A program made the position numbers and the translations under genes. Below, piece after piece: positions 17,287-26,449 of a DNA stretch of 64,000 bases. The stretch's first letter is position 1, and each line of letters begins with the position of its first letter. The notes below the pieces were generated by a model. The model saw only the letters and a list, made by a program, of their open reading frames with translations. It ran no database searches and had not been told where the DNA came from. The stretch lies in the IMG/VR virus record IMGVR_UViG_3300025735_000004, positions 17,710 to 81,709 of that record, one strand, 5' to 3'. This stretch comes from a virus (Duplodnaviria > Caudoviricetes).

Positions 17287-17523
17287 ATGACCACCACCCT
17301 CCTGAACCACTGGGACCGTATCGCCCAGCTGATCTACGCCCTGCTGCTGGACTACCTGCCCCGTCAGCTGGCCGCTGTGCTGGCCATGCTGTGGCCGATG
17401 TTCGTTGTGCTGCTGGTCATCCTCATCGTCGGCGGGCTGCTCGCCTGGCAGGACCGCCGCGACCTCAACCGCCGCGTTCACCGGCGCCTGGCTCAGCTGC
17501 GCGACGAACGCCGCGACCGCTGA
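17287..17523 (+). CDS. Small membrane protein
   Basis: One long hydrophobic segment and a basic tail. Confidence 0.6.
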   Translation: MTTTLLNHWDRIAQLIYALLLDYLPRQLAAVLAMLWPMFVVLLVILIVGGLLAWQDRRDLNRRVHRRLAQLRDERRDR

Positions 17524-17528
17524 GCCGA

Positions 17529-17560
17529 CATGAACCATGAACCCGTAATTCACAATTCAT
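17529..17560. repeat. Heptad array no. 3
   Basis: catgaaccatgaacccgtaattcacaattcat. Confidence 0.8.
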
Positions 17561-17575
17561 AGAAGGAAGCACCCC

Positions 17576-18043
17576 ATGAAAACCTTGCACGACGCCCACG
17601 CCCTGACTGACTACGGCCTCAACCCGCTGACCGGCGAGGCCGACGCCTATTCCCGCCGTACCCTGTGCGACCTCAGTGATGAAGGGATCATTCTGCTCAC
17701 CGCCTACTTCGGGCTGGCCCACACCAAGGCCGCCGGGCAGGCGTTCCCGAAGAACTACAACAGCAGCGTGGGGGACAAGCCGGCGGTGGCCAGCGTGATG
17801 CTGGCCCGTGGCACCATGGACGATTTGATGGTGTTCGCCCTGCTGCACGTCGATCAGTTCGACTACGTGATGCAGACCCCGGGCGGCTACGCCGGCTTCA
17901 ACGACGGCGACCAGTACGGCGAGCACTACCTGCACGCCGCCCTGCCCGAGGGCTACCGCCTGCACTACAACGCCGCCAAGCGCAGCGCCCACCCGCACGT
18001 CGGGGACCGCAACGTCCACGCGATGAGTGGCAGGGTTCTCTGA
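17576..18043 (+). CDS. Hypothetical protein
   Basis: 155 aa, gaagga RBS. Confidence 0.75.
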   Translation: MKTLHDAHALTDYGLNPLTGEADAYSRRTLCDLSDEGIILLTAYFGLAHTKAAGQAFPKNYNSSVGDKPAVASVMLARGTMDDLMVFALLHVDQFDYVMQTPGGYAGFNDGDQYGEHYLHAALPEGYRLHYNAAKRSAHPHVGDRNVHAMSGRVL

Positions 18044-18053
18044 GTGGAAACAG

Positions 18054-18072
18054 CGGCAATATGCCGTATAAT
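18054..18072 (+). promoter_or_regulatory. Operator palindrome adjoining a TATAAT -10 box
   Basis: cggca ata tgccg followed by tataat, upstream of the RHH gene. Confidence 0.5.
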
Positions 18073-18105
18073 TTCCGTACATTCCCACCAGAAAGGAGCA
18101 CCACC

Positions 18106-18324
18106 ATGACCCGCATGACCCTCGACCTGTCCGATGAAATCGACCAGAAGCTCACCGCCATCGCCAAGGAACGCGGCATGACCAAGGCTGAAGCGATGCG
18201 CAAGGCCTTTGCCCTGCTGGTCATCGCCGATAACGAAGCGCGCAAGCCCGGCTTCTCGCTGGGCATCGTGCGTGAACGCGACGACCACACCCTGGAAGCG
18301 GTTGGCCGCGTGGTGGGGCTGTAA
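18106..18324 (+). CDS. CopG/ribbon-helix-helix DNA-binding protein
   Basis: MTRMTLDLSDEIDQKLTAIAKERGMTKAEAMRKAF. Confidence 0.85.
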   Translation: MTRMTLDLSDEIDQKLTAIAKERGMTKAEAMRKAFALLVIADNEARKPGFSLGIVRERDDHTLEAVGRVVGL

Positions 18325-18578
18325 TGGACAAGTTCGATACCGACATGAACCGCGTGTTCACCGACCCGGGCGGCGTCAACGTCAATGCCCTCGACCGCCT
18401 GCGCTTTGCCAAGCAGGTGTTGCTGGGGCTGGCCTTGATCTGTTCCGCGGTGTTCATCGCCTACGGGCTGGAACCGGACAACGCCGGGCTCGGCCATATC
18501 TTTGAACTGATCAAGATCGGCGCCTTGCCCCTGGTCACCTTGGTGATCTCGTTCTACTTCCCCAGTTCGACCAAGTAA
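18324..18578 (+). CDS. Two-TM membrane protein coupled to the RHH gene
   Basis: TAATG overlap; two hydrophobic helices. Confidence 0.75.
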   Translation: MDKFDTDMNRVFTDPGGVNVNALDRLRFAKQVLLGLALICSAVFIAYGLEPDNAGLGHIFELIKIGALPLVTLVISFYFPSSTK

Positions 18579-18602
18579 CCCACCCTCACCGGAGTCACTG
18601 CC

Positions 18603-19013
18603 ATGACCCACCTTGCCCCCCGCGCCCAGCTGATCCAGCTCGACGCCCGCCTGACCTTTCACTACGTCCAAGGCTGGCGCGGTGAAGACCAGTGGGCGCC
18701 GCTGAGCGCTGCCCGCCTCACCGCCGGCACGCCGATCGCCCACGACGAAGACGACTACAGCACCACCTATCGCCACCTGCTAACCTTCGGCCCGCACGGC
18801 TGGCAGGAGGCCAAGAAGGCCTACCGGCGCCTGCTGCCGCGCAAGGAACGGCCGACCTTTGTGCGCTGGCTGGCCCGCATGATCGGCGAGCACTTCGCCT
18901 TCGGCTGCCGCTGTGAACACGACTGCTGCGGCCACCTGCAAGGCAGCGCCAGTGCCACCTACATTGGCCGGCGCCGCTTCAGCGTGGAACGGCACAACAC
19001 CCGCAACGTGTAG
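18603..19013 (+). CDS. Hypothetical protein with C-x-C-x3-CC-x-H cluster
   Basis: GCRCEHDCCGH; preceded by cactgccatg. Confidence 0.75.
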   Translation: MTHLAPRAQLIQLDARLTFHYVQGWRGEDQWAPLSAARLTAGTPIAHDEDDYSTTYRHLLTFGPHGWQEAKKAYRRLLPRKERPTFVRWLARMIGEHFAFGCRCEHDCCGHLQGSASATYIGRRRFSVERHNTRNV

Positions 19014-19028
19014 CCCGGAGGATTCACC

Positions 19029-19391
19029 ATGAAACGCACCAAACAGCAGGCGAAGGCCTACCACAGCGCCGCGCTGGGCATCCTGCGCGGCTTCGGCGCG
19101 CAGTTGTCGGACACGCACCACCCGTACCAGCTCGAAACCACCGCTGGGACGCTGCGCGTGTCGGTCTATGGCAGCTACATCTGCACCCGGTTCGACGACG
19201 TGGCGCGGGCCAAGGCGCTGCTGCCCCCGGGGCGGTTGAACCCGTTCAGCGGCAAGTGGAACTGGATGGGCGGCATGACCCATGAAGGCGACCTGACCGA
19301 CCTCGCCCGGTTCCAGAACGAGCTGCGCCACCTGCTGCCCGAAGGCCACCAACCCAACCCGGACCTGCCCCTGGTCCCTTTCGAGGACTGA
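19029..19391 (+). CDS. Hypothetical protein
   Basis: 120 aa, ggagg RBS. Confidence 0.75.
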   Translation: MKRTKQQAKAYHSAALGILRGFGAQLSDTHHPYQLETTAGTLRVSVYGSYICTRFDDVARAKALLPPGRLNPFSGKWNWMGGMTHEGDLTDLARFQNELRHLLPEGHQPNPDLPLVPFED

Positions 19392-19393
19392 CC

Positions 19394-19837
19394 ATGAACC
19401 GCGAACGCCTTGAACTGATGGTCACCCTGCTCGCCGAAGTCGAGGCCGGCACCTGGGAACCGACCGGCACCACCCTCGGCCACCAGCCGCTGCCGCTGCC
19501 CCCTCGCCCCGGCCACCGCTTCGACATGATCGACTGGGTCGACGACGTGCGCCCCGACTGTGGCTTTGCCGCCTGCGCCATCGGCCACGCCTGCTTGGAC
19601 GAACGGTTCAACCAGCACGGCCTGTTCCTGCAATGGGGTGACCCCGGCCAGTCGCACGCCCCGATGTACTCCCACCAGAACCGCCTGCACAGATCCTGGG
19701 CCGCCGTGGGCCGGTTCTTCGACCTCACCCCCACGCAGGAAGACCACCTGTTCGACGGGGACCGGTACCCCTACGACCAGAAGAAAGACCCGGCCGCCGT
19801 GCGCCAGCGCATCGAAGCGTTTTTGGCCGCCGACTAA
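19394..19837 (+). CDS. Hypothetical phage protein
   Basis: FDM..W...CG.AAC.IGHA motif. Confidence 0.7.
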   Translation: MNRERLELMVTLLAEVEAGTWEPTGTTLGHQPLPLPPRPGHRFDMIDWVDDVRPDCGFAACAIGHACLDERFNQHGLFLQWGDPGQSHAPMYSHQNRLHRSWAAVGRFFDLTPTQEDHLFDGDRYPYDQKKDPAAVRQRIEAFLAAD

Positions 19838-19862
19838 CCCACCCGACAAGGGAGCGACAACC

Positions 19863-20177
19863 ATGAAAAAGATCATCGACGGCAAGCGCTACGACACCGC
19901 CACCGCGACCCTGCTGGGCGAGGACAGTGGCGGCGGCGGACCCAGTGACTTCAACTACTTTGACGAGGCGCTGTATCGCACCGCCAAGGGCGCGTATTTC
20001 CTCGCCGGGGAAGGTGGTGCGCTCACCAAGTACGCCCTGCGCTGCGGCGACAACTCGCGCACCTTCGGCGAGGGCCTGTTCCCCCTGACCGCTGGCGAGG
20101 CCCGGGAATGGGCGGAACAGCACCTCACCACCGAGGAAGTCGAAGAACACTTCGGTGGCGCCATCGAAGACGCTTAA
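19863..20177 (+). CDS. Conserved hypothetical phage protein
   Basis: MKKIIDGKRYDT.TA...EALYRT.KG.YFL.GEGG..TKY. Confidence 0.8.
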   Translation: MKKIIDGKRYDTATATLLGEDSGGGGPSDFNYFDEALYRTAKGAYFLAGEGGALTKYALRCGDNSRTFGEGLFPLTAGEAREWAEQHLTTEEVEEHFGGAIEDA

Positions 20178-20210
20178 CCCACCCCACCACCCCCCGAAAG
20201 GATCACTGCC

Positions 20211-20642
20211 ATGGTCAAACTCAGCCAGCTCACCCAATGCTTCTACGTGCCCGGACAAGGCCACATCATTGACTCGGCCTACCAGAATGAAGCCGGCGAA
20301 TGGGTCAGTCACATCCACCGCAAGAACCTGATGCAGATGCGCGACGAGCACCCCGACGTGGTGCTGGGCAACCTCGACGAATGGATTGACGCCGATGAGA
20401 AACGCCTGATCAGCCCGCCCAAGGAGATCACCAAGGAAGAGTGGTGGGAGGCGCTGGAATGCCTGCCGCCGGAGAGCTGGCAGAACAGCGGCGGCGGGGA
20501 ATCGTTCGTCATGATGGAATACTACAGCGGCCGGATTACCAGCATCTACGTGCGCCTGGGCGAGCGCTATTGCACCTTCCACGACGTGGCCAACCTGCCG
20601 CACCTGGACCGCCTGGCCAAGGCTCGCACCCTGCTGGGCTAA
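20211..20642 (+). CDS. Hypothetical protein (DUF1419-like EIT.E.W...LE.LPP motif)
   Basis: EITKEEWWEALECLPP...FVMMEY. Confidence 0.7.
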   Translation: MVKLSQLTQCFYVPGQGHIIDSAYQNEAGEWVSHIHRKNLMQMRDEHPDVVLGNLDEWIDADEKRLISPPKEITKEEWWEALECLPPESWQNSGGGESFVMMEYYSGRITSIYVRLGERYCTFHDVANLPHLDRLAKARTLLG

Positions 20643-20651
20643 GCCGCTGGC

Positions 20652-20683
20652 CATGAATTCACGGTTCACAATTCACAATTCAC
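20652..20683. repeat. Heptad array no. 4
   Basis: catg aattcac ggttcac aattcac aattcac. Confidence 0.85.
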
Positions 20684-20702
20684 CCAAGAAGGAAGCACTG
20701 CC

Positions 20703-20984
20703 ATGCCCACCCAAACCACCCTGTTCGCCCTGTTCAAAGTCGCCGACGTGATCGAAATCGACGGCTACGAAGTCGATAACTGCGCCTTCCTGCCCAACGA
20801 CGTGGTGCGGCTCGACTACTGCCACGACGACGAGCGCACCTGCTTTGTGGACCAGCCGGTCAGCCTCGATGACGGCGCCTGCCAAGCCGTTTCCTGCGAC
20901 GACCCCCAGTATGGCGGTGAAGCCGGGGATACCTGCGACCTGACCTTCAAGGTCACCCGCCTGCTGCAACCCGAGGATCTGTGA
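20703..20984 (+). CDS. Hypothetical acidic protein
   Basis: 93 aa, cactgccatg start. Confidence 0.7.
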   Translation: MPTQTTLFALFKVADVIEIDGYEVDNCAFLPNDVVRLDYCHDDERTCFVDQPVSLDDGACQAVSCDDPQYGGEAGDTCDLTFKVTRLLQPEDL

Positions 20985-21005
20985 ATTCACAATTCACAAT
21001 TCACA
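20981..21005. repeat. Heptad array no. 5
   Basis: gtg aattcac aattcac aattcac a, overlapping the preceding stop codon. Confidence 0.85.
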
Positions 21006-21030
21006 AACCACCCGAGAAGGGACCACCGCA

Positions 21031-21204
21031 ATGAACCCGATTGACCCCAACTTCGTACAGTTCTGCCGGGGCTTGACCGACAAGCAACTGGAAAACGTCC
21101 TCGCGGACGAATGGAGCGCCCACAAACACCGTGACTACGCCTCGGCGCAGCAGGCGGCCGTGGAACGCGGCTGGACCGTGCAAGATGGCCAGCGCATCAA
21201 CTAA
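21031..21204 (+). CDS. Small hypothetical protein (57 aa)
   Basis: Hand translation MNPIDPNFVQFCRGLTDKQLENVLADEWSAHKHRDYASAQQAAVERGWTVQDGQRIN; gaaggga RBS. Confidence 0.65.
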   Translation: MNPIDPNFVQFCRGLTDKQLENVLADEWSAHKHRDYASAQQAAVERGWTVQDGQRIN

Positions 21205-21209
21205 CCCGC

Positions 21210-21243
21210 CATGAACCATGAAGTCACAATTCATGGTTCACAA
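21210..21243. repeat. Heptad array no. 6
   Basis: catgaac catgaag tcacaat tcatggt tcacaa. Confidence 0.85.
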
Positions 21244-21268
21244 ACCAACACCTGAACAGGAGGCCGCC

Positions 21269-21664
21269 ATGGCCCTGATGATCCCCCTGAATGACGCGCC
21301 GTACCTGATGACCACCGAAACCCACCCGGAGCTGTACGAGACCAGCGGCAGCCTGACCTTGGAGGCCATGCAGCAGATGGTCGGCGGCTACATCGAGCAC
21401 GTCTTCCTGCACCCGACGCCGCGCCTGCGCCTGACCTTGGACACCAGCAACGACCTGCGCGGCGTGCTGGAAGGCGCCCCGCCCAACGCCACGGACGTGC
21501 CCGACGACTTCCTTCCCTACGTTCACTTGGTGATCAATGAAGAGGGCAAGCTGAACGGCCTGGCCATCAACCCGATCGCCTCGGCGCTGGTCCAGCGCCA
21601 CGGCCTGCGCGGGGACGTGATCTGCGGCCCCGCGCTGTTCCTCGGCCAGGACGAAATGCAATAA
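21269..21664 (+). CDS. DUF3846-like protein
   Basis: LEAMQQMVGGYIE...INEEGKL.GL..N..AS...D.I.GP. Confidence 0.75.
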   Translation: MALMIPLNDAPYLMTTETHPELYETSGSLTLEAMQQMVGGYIEHVFLHPTPRLRLTLDTSNDLRGVLEGAPPNATDVPDDFLPYVHLVINEEGKLNGLAINPIASALVQRHGLRGDVICGPALFLGQDEMQ

Positions 21665-21672
21665 CGCCCACC

Positions 21673-21703
21673 GTGAATTCACAATTCACAGTTCACAGTT
21701 CAC
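21673..21703. repeat. Heptad array no. 7
   Basis: gtg aattcac aattcac agttcac agttcac. Confidence 0.85.
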
Positions 21704-21742
21704 AAACCGCAACACACCCACCCCGAAAGAAGGATCACTGCC

Positions 21743-22450
21743 ATGAACCTGATTCAAGTGAAAAGCTGGAACATCGAACGCGGCCAAGACATCGACGCCG
21801 CCATGCTGATGGGCAGTTTCACCCGCTACCTGTACCGCGATCTGGACGCGGTGGAAGTGCCGGGTAGGCCGTCGTTCCACGAGGGTATCGAAACCAGCTT
21901 CGACCGCCTGCACGGCGGCTGCCTGTTCCTGTCGTTCACCGCCTTGGCCGTGCTGGAAGAGTTGATCGACTGGGACAAGTGGGGCGAGTTCGGCGGCGGG
22001 GTGTTCGCCTACGAGCACTTGGAAGCCGACGATACCCAGCCCTATACCGAGGGCACCGACCTCGCCGCCTTCCTGCTGCGCGAGATCCCCGCAGTGGCCT
22101 GGTACGAGATCGCCGAAAACTGGGACGTGCCCAACGACACCGAGCTGACCGACCTGCTGACCCGCTGGGCGGTGGCGGTCAAATTGCCGTTGGTGGACAG
22201 TGCCGTGCCGCTGCCCGCTGAGGCCCCCGTGCTGTTAGCCGAGGCCCCCGAGCCGGAGCGCCGCTGCGACTCCTTGCCCTACGACTTCGAAGACTTCGGC
22301 CTGAACCTCACCGAGTTGCAGGACAAGTACGCCACCGAGCAGGAACACCCCGAGTACCCCAACGGCCGCTGGGGGAGGGAGGCGCCCACGACCCCCTACT
22401 GGGACTGGGTCATGGCCTGCATCGCCAAGGATGACGACGACACCGAGTAA
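21743..22450 (+). CDS. Hypothetical acidic two-domain protein
   Basis: 235 aa; C-terminal EHP.YP...W...YWDWV module. Confidence 0.75.
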   Translation: MNLIQVKSWNIERGQDIDAAMLMGSFTRYLYRDLDAVEVPGRPSFHEGIETSFDRLHGGCLFLSFTALAVLEELIDWDKWGEFGGGVFAYEHLEADDTQPYTEGTDLAAFLLREIPAVAWYEIAENWDVPNDTELTDLLTRWAVAVKLPLVDSAVPLPAEAPVLLAEAPEPERRCDSLPYDFEDFGLNLTELQDKYATEQEHPEYPNGRWGREAPTTPYWDWVMACIAKDDDDTE

Positions 22451-22501
22451 GGCCCACGGGCAGGGACGCCCACTCCACCTACCCGAGAAGGGAGCACCAC
22501 C

Positions 22502-23038
22502 ATGACTACCCCCAACCCTGCGCACGCGGCGCGAATCCAGTGCCTCGACCGCGACGGCAACGTCAGCTTCTTGCACTACCAGAACGGCTGGACCGTGACC
22601 CTGGCCCACGGCCAACGCGCCGCGCTGTCCTACGCCGGCTTCCCGCACCACCAGGCCGCGGCCTGCAAGTTCGCCCTCGACGACTGCAAGACCCCGGCCG
22701 AGGTGCTGGCGGCAGCCCGGCGCTACGGCTGCCACACCTACACCTTGGAACTGCCCGCCAAGGAAGTCGACGATGACGGCGGCCCAGCGCCCGCTGACCA
22801 CTACCGTGCGGTCGACGCGACCGGCAGCAAGATGGTGTGGGTCCCGCTCCCACAGGCGCCGAGCCTGAGCGACCGCCTCACCGCGATCGTCGACGAAGCC
22901 CGCGCCGCCGGCTACGCGGTGGCGGTGCTGTACCCCGAGGAACTGATCGGAGTCGACAACGAAGCGCTGCAGGTCCACCTGGTGCGGGCAGGGAAGGCCT
23001 TCATCGACGCCAACCGTGAACCGGAAGAAGAGGAATAA
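22502..23038 (+). CDS. Hypothetical protein
   Basis: 178 aa; C-terminal GYAVAVLYPEEL module. Confidence 0.7.
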   Translation: MTTPNPAHAARIQCLDRDGNVSFLHYQNGWTVTLAHGQRAALSYAGFPHHQAAACKFALDDCKTPAEVLAAARRYGCHTYTLELPAKEVDDDGGPAPADHYRAVDATGSKMVWVPLPQAPSLSDRLTAIVDEARAAGYAVAVLYPEELIGVDNEALQVHLVRAGKAFIDANREPEEEE

Positions 23039-23042
23039 CAGC

Positions 23043-23432
23043 ATGAAAGCCGTCACCCAAGCCCCCAAGCCGGTCGAGATCATCGCCGGGCGTTTCGTCG
23101 TCATGTTCGAAGCGCAGGAAGAGGACACCGACCCGCGCAAACACTTCGTTGAGCAGTGCGGCTGGACGCCGAAGGACTACGCCAAGCAGCGCAACACCCA
23201 GTGGTTCGGCGTGCATATCACCCTGTGGGCCGGGGGCGAGCAGGTCGCTGAGCAGTTCCTGGGCGCCTGCGCCTACAAGAACCCCGATGAGTTCTGGCAG
23301 CGCTATCGCGGCGACTACTACGCCGACATGGTTAGCGAATGCCTGACCGCTGCCGGAGAACCCGTGCTCGCCACCATGTGGCGCGACACCGTGCGAGCTG
23401 AAACAGCCGCTAAACAAGGAGTAGCCCCATGA
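23043..23432 (+). CDS. Hypothetical protein
   Basis: Starts MKAVTQAP; LGAC.Y....EF motif. Confidence 0.7.
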   Translation: MKAVTQAPKPVEIIAGRFVVMFEAQEEDTDPRKHFVEQCGWTPKDYAKQRNTQWFGVHITLWAGGEQVAEQFLGACAYKNPDEFWQRYRGDYYADMVSECLTAAGEPVLATMWRDTVRAETAAKQGVAP

Positions 23433-24421
23433 CCATCACCATTGACCCGAAGCACCCCCTCGGCAGCGGCTCGCTGCTCTGGCTGCTGTCCGGGCGCATC
23501 CCCGGGGATGACGACGACACGCCGATGCTGTTCCTCGCCAACACCGAGGCAGGCGCCAAAGCCGCCTACGTGAAGTACATGCACGAACTGGCGGACCTCG
23601 ATGCGGACGGCCTTAAGCAGCTGGAAGCCGACCATGGCAAAACCTGTTACATCAACGTCTGCGATCAGATCGGCGCTGAGCAGTCCGAGCCCCGGGAGTA
23701 CGCCATCGCGATGCACGGGCTGCCCGGCCCCACCTGGCTGCAACAACCTGAAGACGACAACGACCTGGTGCTGCCGCTGACCTCTAACCCGGTGCTGGCC
23801 GCGACGTACACCGAAGCCGAGGCGCGCAGCCTGTGGGCGGACGTGTCCAAGCGGTTCCCCTCGGCGTCGTTTCGCCTTGATCGGCTGGTCACCCCGGCGC
23901 GGATCGCGGATCTGGAGCAACGCCTGCGCGACCTCGCCGAGGGCGCCCGCAGCAAAGCCGACCTGATCGCCAGCGGCTCGCCGACCTCGGCCTACGCCAA
24001 TCCGGTGCAGATCCTGCGGGCGATCGCCAAGGAAGCCGAGGACGGGTTGGGTCCCGACCCGGCCGCCGAGCTGGAGATTCAGCGCACACTGATGCTCAGC
24101 ACCGCCCACCTGCCGGACCTTTACCTTAAGTGGCTCAATGCGCAGGACCGGGTCAATGAAGGCGTCTTGTGGGAAGTCCCGCCGACTGCGATTGCCGATG
24201 ACGACGCGGAACCATCGAGCCTGATCGTCGACCCGGTCGGCGAATACGGCTGGCGGATCTGCATCACCGACTCGGTTGATGAATTCTCCGCAAGGGTGCC
24301 CGCTGACGACCCACTGCTGGCCTTGCTGCGCTTCGCCGAAACCCACCACTGCGACTGGCTGGGCATCGACCGGGACGGCCCGATCGTGCCCGGCCTGCCG
24401 ACCTTTGAGGACGATGAATAA
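23429..24421 (+). CDS. Multi-module protein with C-terminal DUF5983-like domain
   Basis: LMLSTAHL...YGW...L.FA....CDW..IDRDGP...GLPTF. Confidence 0.7.
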   Translation: MTITIDPKHPLGSGSLLWLLSGRIPGDDDDTPMLFLANTEAGAKAAYVKYMHELADLDADGLKQLEADHGKTCYINVCDQIGAEQSEPREYAIAMHGLPGPTWLQQPEDDNDLVLPLTSNPVLAATYTEAEARSLWADVSKRFPSASFRLDRLVTPARIADLEQRLRDLAEGARSKADLIASGSPTSAYANPVQILRAIAKEAEDGLGPDPAAELEIQRTLMLSTAHLPDLYLKWLNAQDRVNEGVLWEVPPTAIADDDAEPSSLIVDPVGEYGWRICITDSVDEFSARVPADDPLLALLRFAETHHCDWLGIDRDGPIVPGLPTFEDDE

Positions 24422-24422
24422 C

Positions 24423-24629
24423 ATGCGCATTCTCCCTGTCATCACCAGCCGCAACCCGAGCAGTCGCCCCGAAAACGACACGCTGCTGCACTGCTACGTC
24501 TGCCCGCTGCAGGCCACCTTCAGCACGGCAGCGGCCACCGGCTGGACCTTCGACGCGGACGGGGAACCGTTCCGCACCTACTACTGCCCGGCTCACCGGC
24601 CGGACCCACGCAAAGAGAGGCAACCATGA
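24423..24629 (+). CDS. Small Cys-containing protein
   Basis: CYVC...YCPAH. Confidence 0.55.
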   Translation: MRILPVITSRNPSSRPENDTLLHCYVCPLQATFSTAAATGWTFDADGEPFRTYYCPAHRPDPRKERQP

Positions 24630-25231
24630 AACGCCCAATGAGCAACGATGAACTGCTCCATCACATCATGCTGTACAGCAAGCACGGCTCGCTGATGCAG
24701 CTGATCGTGATGGAAGGGATACGCAACTACGCCGAAGCGATCGTGGACGCCGAGCCAGGCTTTCTCGGTACCGCCGCGCTGATGTTCAACGAAGACGACT
24801 GGCGCAACTGCTGCCGAGAGCTGCTGGACACGCTGGCCAACCGCGGGCAGCTGATGACCGAGGAAATCAGCGTGGAAGTGGAACTGGAGGACTTCACTCC
24901 GGCGGCCCATGAAGACCCCGAAAAGGCCGGGCTGCTCAAGACCCTGCTGCACCTGGTCGGCCAAGGCTGGCAACCGGTCGAGCTGTACGACTCGGAAGAA
25001 TGGCGCAACTTCAAAGCAGGGGCGCCGCTGCCGGACGTGGTTGAGGCCTGCGCGGAAGTCGAAATGGCGACCCTGCGCCTGCGCCACTGGGACGGCCGCA
25101 CTGGCTCGCTCGGGCTGGTGTGGGGCAACAGCCCGCTTGAACTGATCGCCGACCACACCACCGACCACGGCTTTGACGAAGCGGTTGCCGCCGCCCAGCG
25201 CAGCGTGTGGCCCAACTACCCGGAGGAATGA
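24626..25231 (+). CDS. Hypothetical two-module protein
   Basis: 201 aa; ATGA overlap. Confidence 0.7.
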   Translation: MKRPMSNDELLHHIMLYSKHGSLMQLIVMEGIRNYAEAIVDAEPGFLGTAALMFNEDDWRNCCRELLDTLANRGQLMTEEISVEVELEDFTPAAHEDPEKAGLLKTLLHLVGQGWQPVELYDSEEWRNFKAGAPLPDVVEACAEVEMATLRLRHWDGRTGSLGLVWGNSPLELIADHTTDHGFDEAVAAAQRSVWPNYPEE

Positions 25232-25232
25232 C

Positions 25233-25496
25233 ATGAGCAAGGAAGAACTGTTGGCCCAGGCCATTCAGGCCGGCGCCTCGATAAGCGAATTCATCAACAA
25301 GTTCGTGGAGCTGAACCCCCCGAGCGAGCGTGAAGTCGCGCTGATCAACAAGGCCCGAGAGCAGTACGTCAACGAGGGCGTGCTGGAGATTGACGAGCCC
25401 ACCATTGCATCCATCGGCGACGACCCCGGTGGCTACGTGCTGGCGTGGGTATGGGTCTACGACAAGGTCGATGACGAAGAAGAGGAAGAGGGCTGA
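25233..25496 (+). CDS. Hypothetical acidic protein
   Basis: LEID...S...GGYVLAWVWV motif. Confidence 0.7.
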   Translation: MSKEELLAQAIQAGASISEFINKFVELNPPSEREVALINKAREQYVNEGVLEIDEPTIASIGDDPGGYVLAWVWVYDKVDDEEEEEG

Positions 25497-25499
25497 GCC

Positions 25500-25724
25500 A
25501 TGTGGAAGTGCCCGGAATGCCACAGCCATCACCTGAACGTGATGATCACCACCTGCGCCAAGTTGTTGCAGTACGAGGACAACTTTGAAACCGAGGTGGC
25601 CGGCGACCACGAGTGGGACGACACGTCGAACATGACCTGCGAAGACTGCGGGCACTGCGATGCCGCGTTGCACTTTGACACCGACCAAGATGAACCAACA
25701 CCTGAGAAGGAACCGCAACCATGA
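25500..25724 (+). CDS. Small zinc-ribbon protein
   Basis: CPEC ... CEDC. Confidence 0.7.
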   Translation: MWKCPECHSHHLNVMITTCAKLLQYEDNFETEVAGDHEWDDTSNMTCEDCGHCDAALHFDTDQDEPTPEKEPQP

Positions 25725-26161
25725 GCACCTGGCACCAAGACAAAGCCCCCGTGAACCCGCAACACCCGTTCAACTGGACGGTGTACACCAACCCGCCGAA
25801 CCGCTCGGCCTCGGCGATGGCCTACCCCACCCAGGCCGAGGCCGAGGCGTTCATGGAACGGCTCAAGGCCGCCGTGAAGCCCGACGATCTGGAACGGCAG
25901 CTCGCGCTCAAGCACACCCGCATCCTGCCGCCGGTGTACACCAACGACCAGCGCCACGAACTGTTCTACGACGTGCGCAAACCCAGCGGCCAGCTCGGTT
26001 ACGTGAAGAAGGAACACATCGAGCGCTTCCTGCTGGAGCTGTGCGGCGGGGGCATGGACGCCAAGCAGACGGCCAGCGCCATGCAGTACGGCGGCGAGTT
26101 GAAGTTGAACACCCGTGTCGTCGTCAAGGGGCACAAGATCGGCCCGGTCGGGACGGTGTGA
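25721..26161 (+). CDS. Hypothetical protein
   Basis: 146 aa; ATGA overlap. Confidence 0.7.
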   Translation: MSTWHQDKAPVNPQHPFNWTVYTNPPNRSASAMAYPTQAEAEAFMERLKAAVKPDDLERQLALKHTRILPPVYTNDQRHELFYDVRKPSGQLGYVKKEHIERFLLELCGGGMDAKQTASAMQYGGELKLNTRVVVKGHKIGPVGTV

Positions 26162-26162
26162 C

Positions 26163-26360
26163 ATGCACAAACCCATCCTGATCGCCACGGACGGGCGCAA
26201 GAACGGCCTGGAAGCCTGGGCGCTGTACGACGACACCATCCCGGGCTATGAGCTGTTCGCCAGCCAGGCCTGCAACGATTACTTCGGGGATGCCGACACC
26301 CTGGAAGACTGCAAGAAAGTCGCGCAAGCCTGGTTTGACCAGCGCGCCAGCGAGCAATAA
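26163..26360 (+). CDS. Small hypothetical protein
   Basis: Starts MHKPILIA. Confidence 0.65.
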   Translation: MHKPILIATDGRKNGLEAWALYDDTIPGYELFASQACNDYFGDADTLEDCKKVAQAWFDQRASEQ

Positions 26361-26449
26361 CCCCCGCACCACCCCGTAACCCCAAACCCCAATAAGGCCA
26401 GCCAACTACCCCGGCAGGCCTACTCTTGCCTGTAGAAAGGAGAATCACC

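Noticed and set aside
17232-21703. Heptad arrays as a CRISPR or mini-array
   Set aside because: Units are 7 bp and contiguous, with no unique spacers of constant length and no cas genes.
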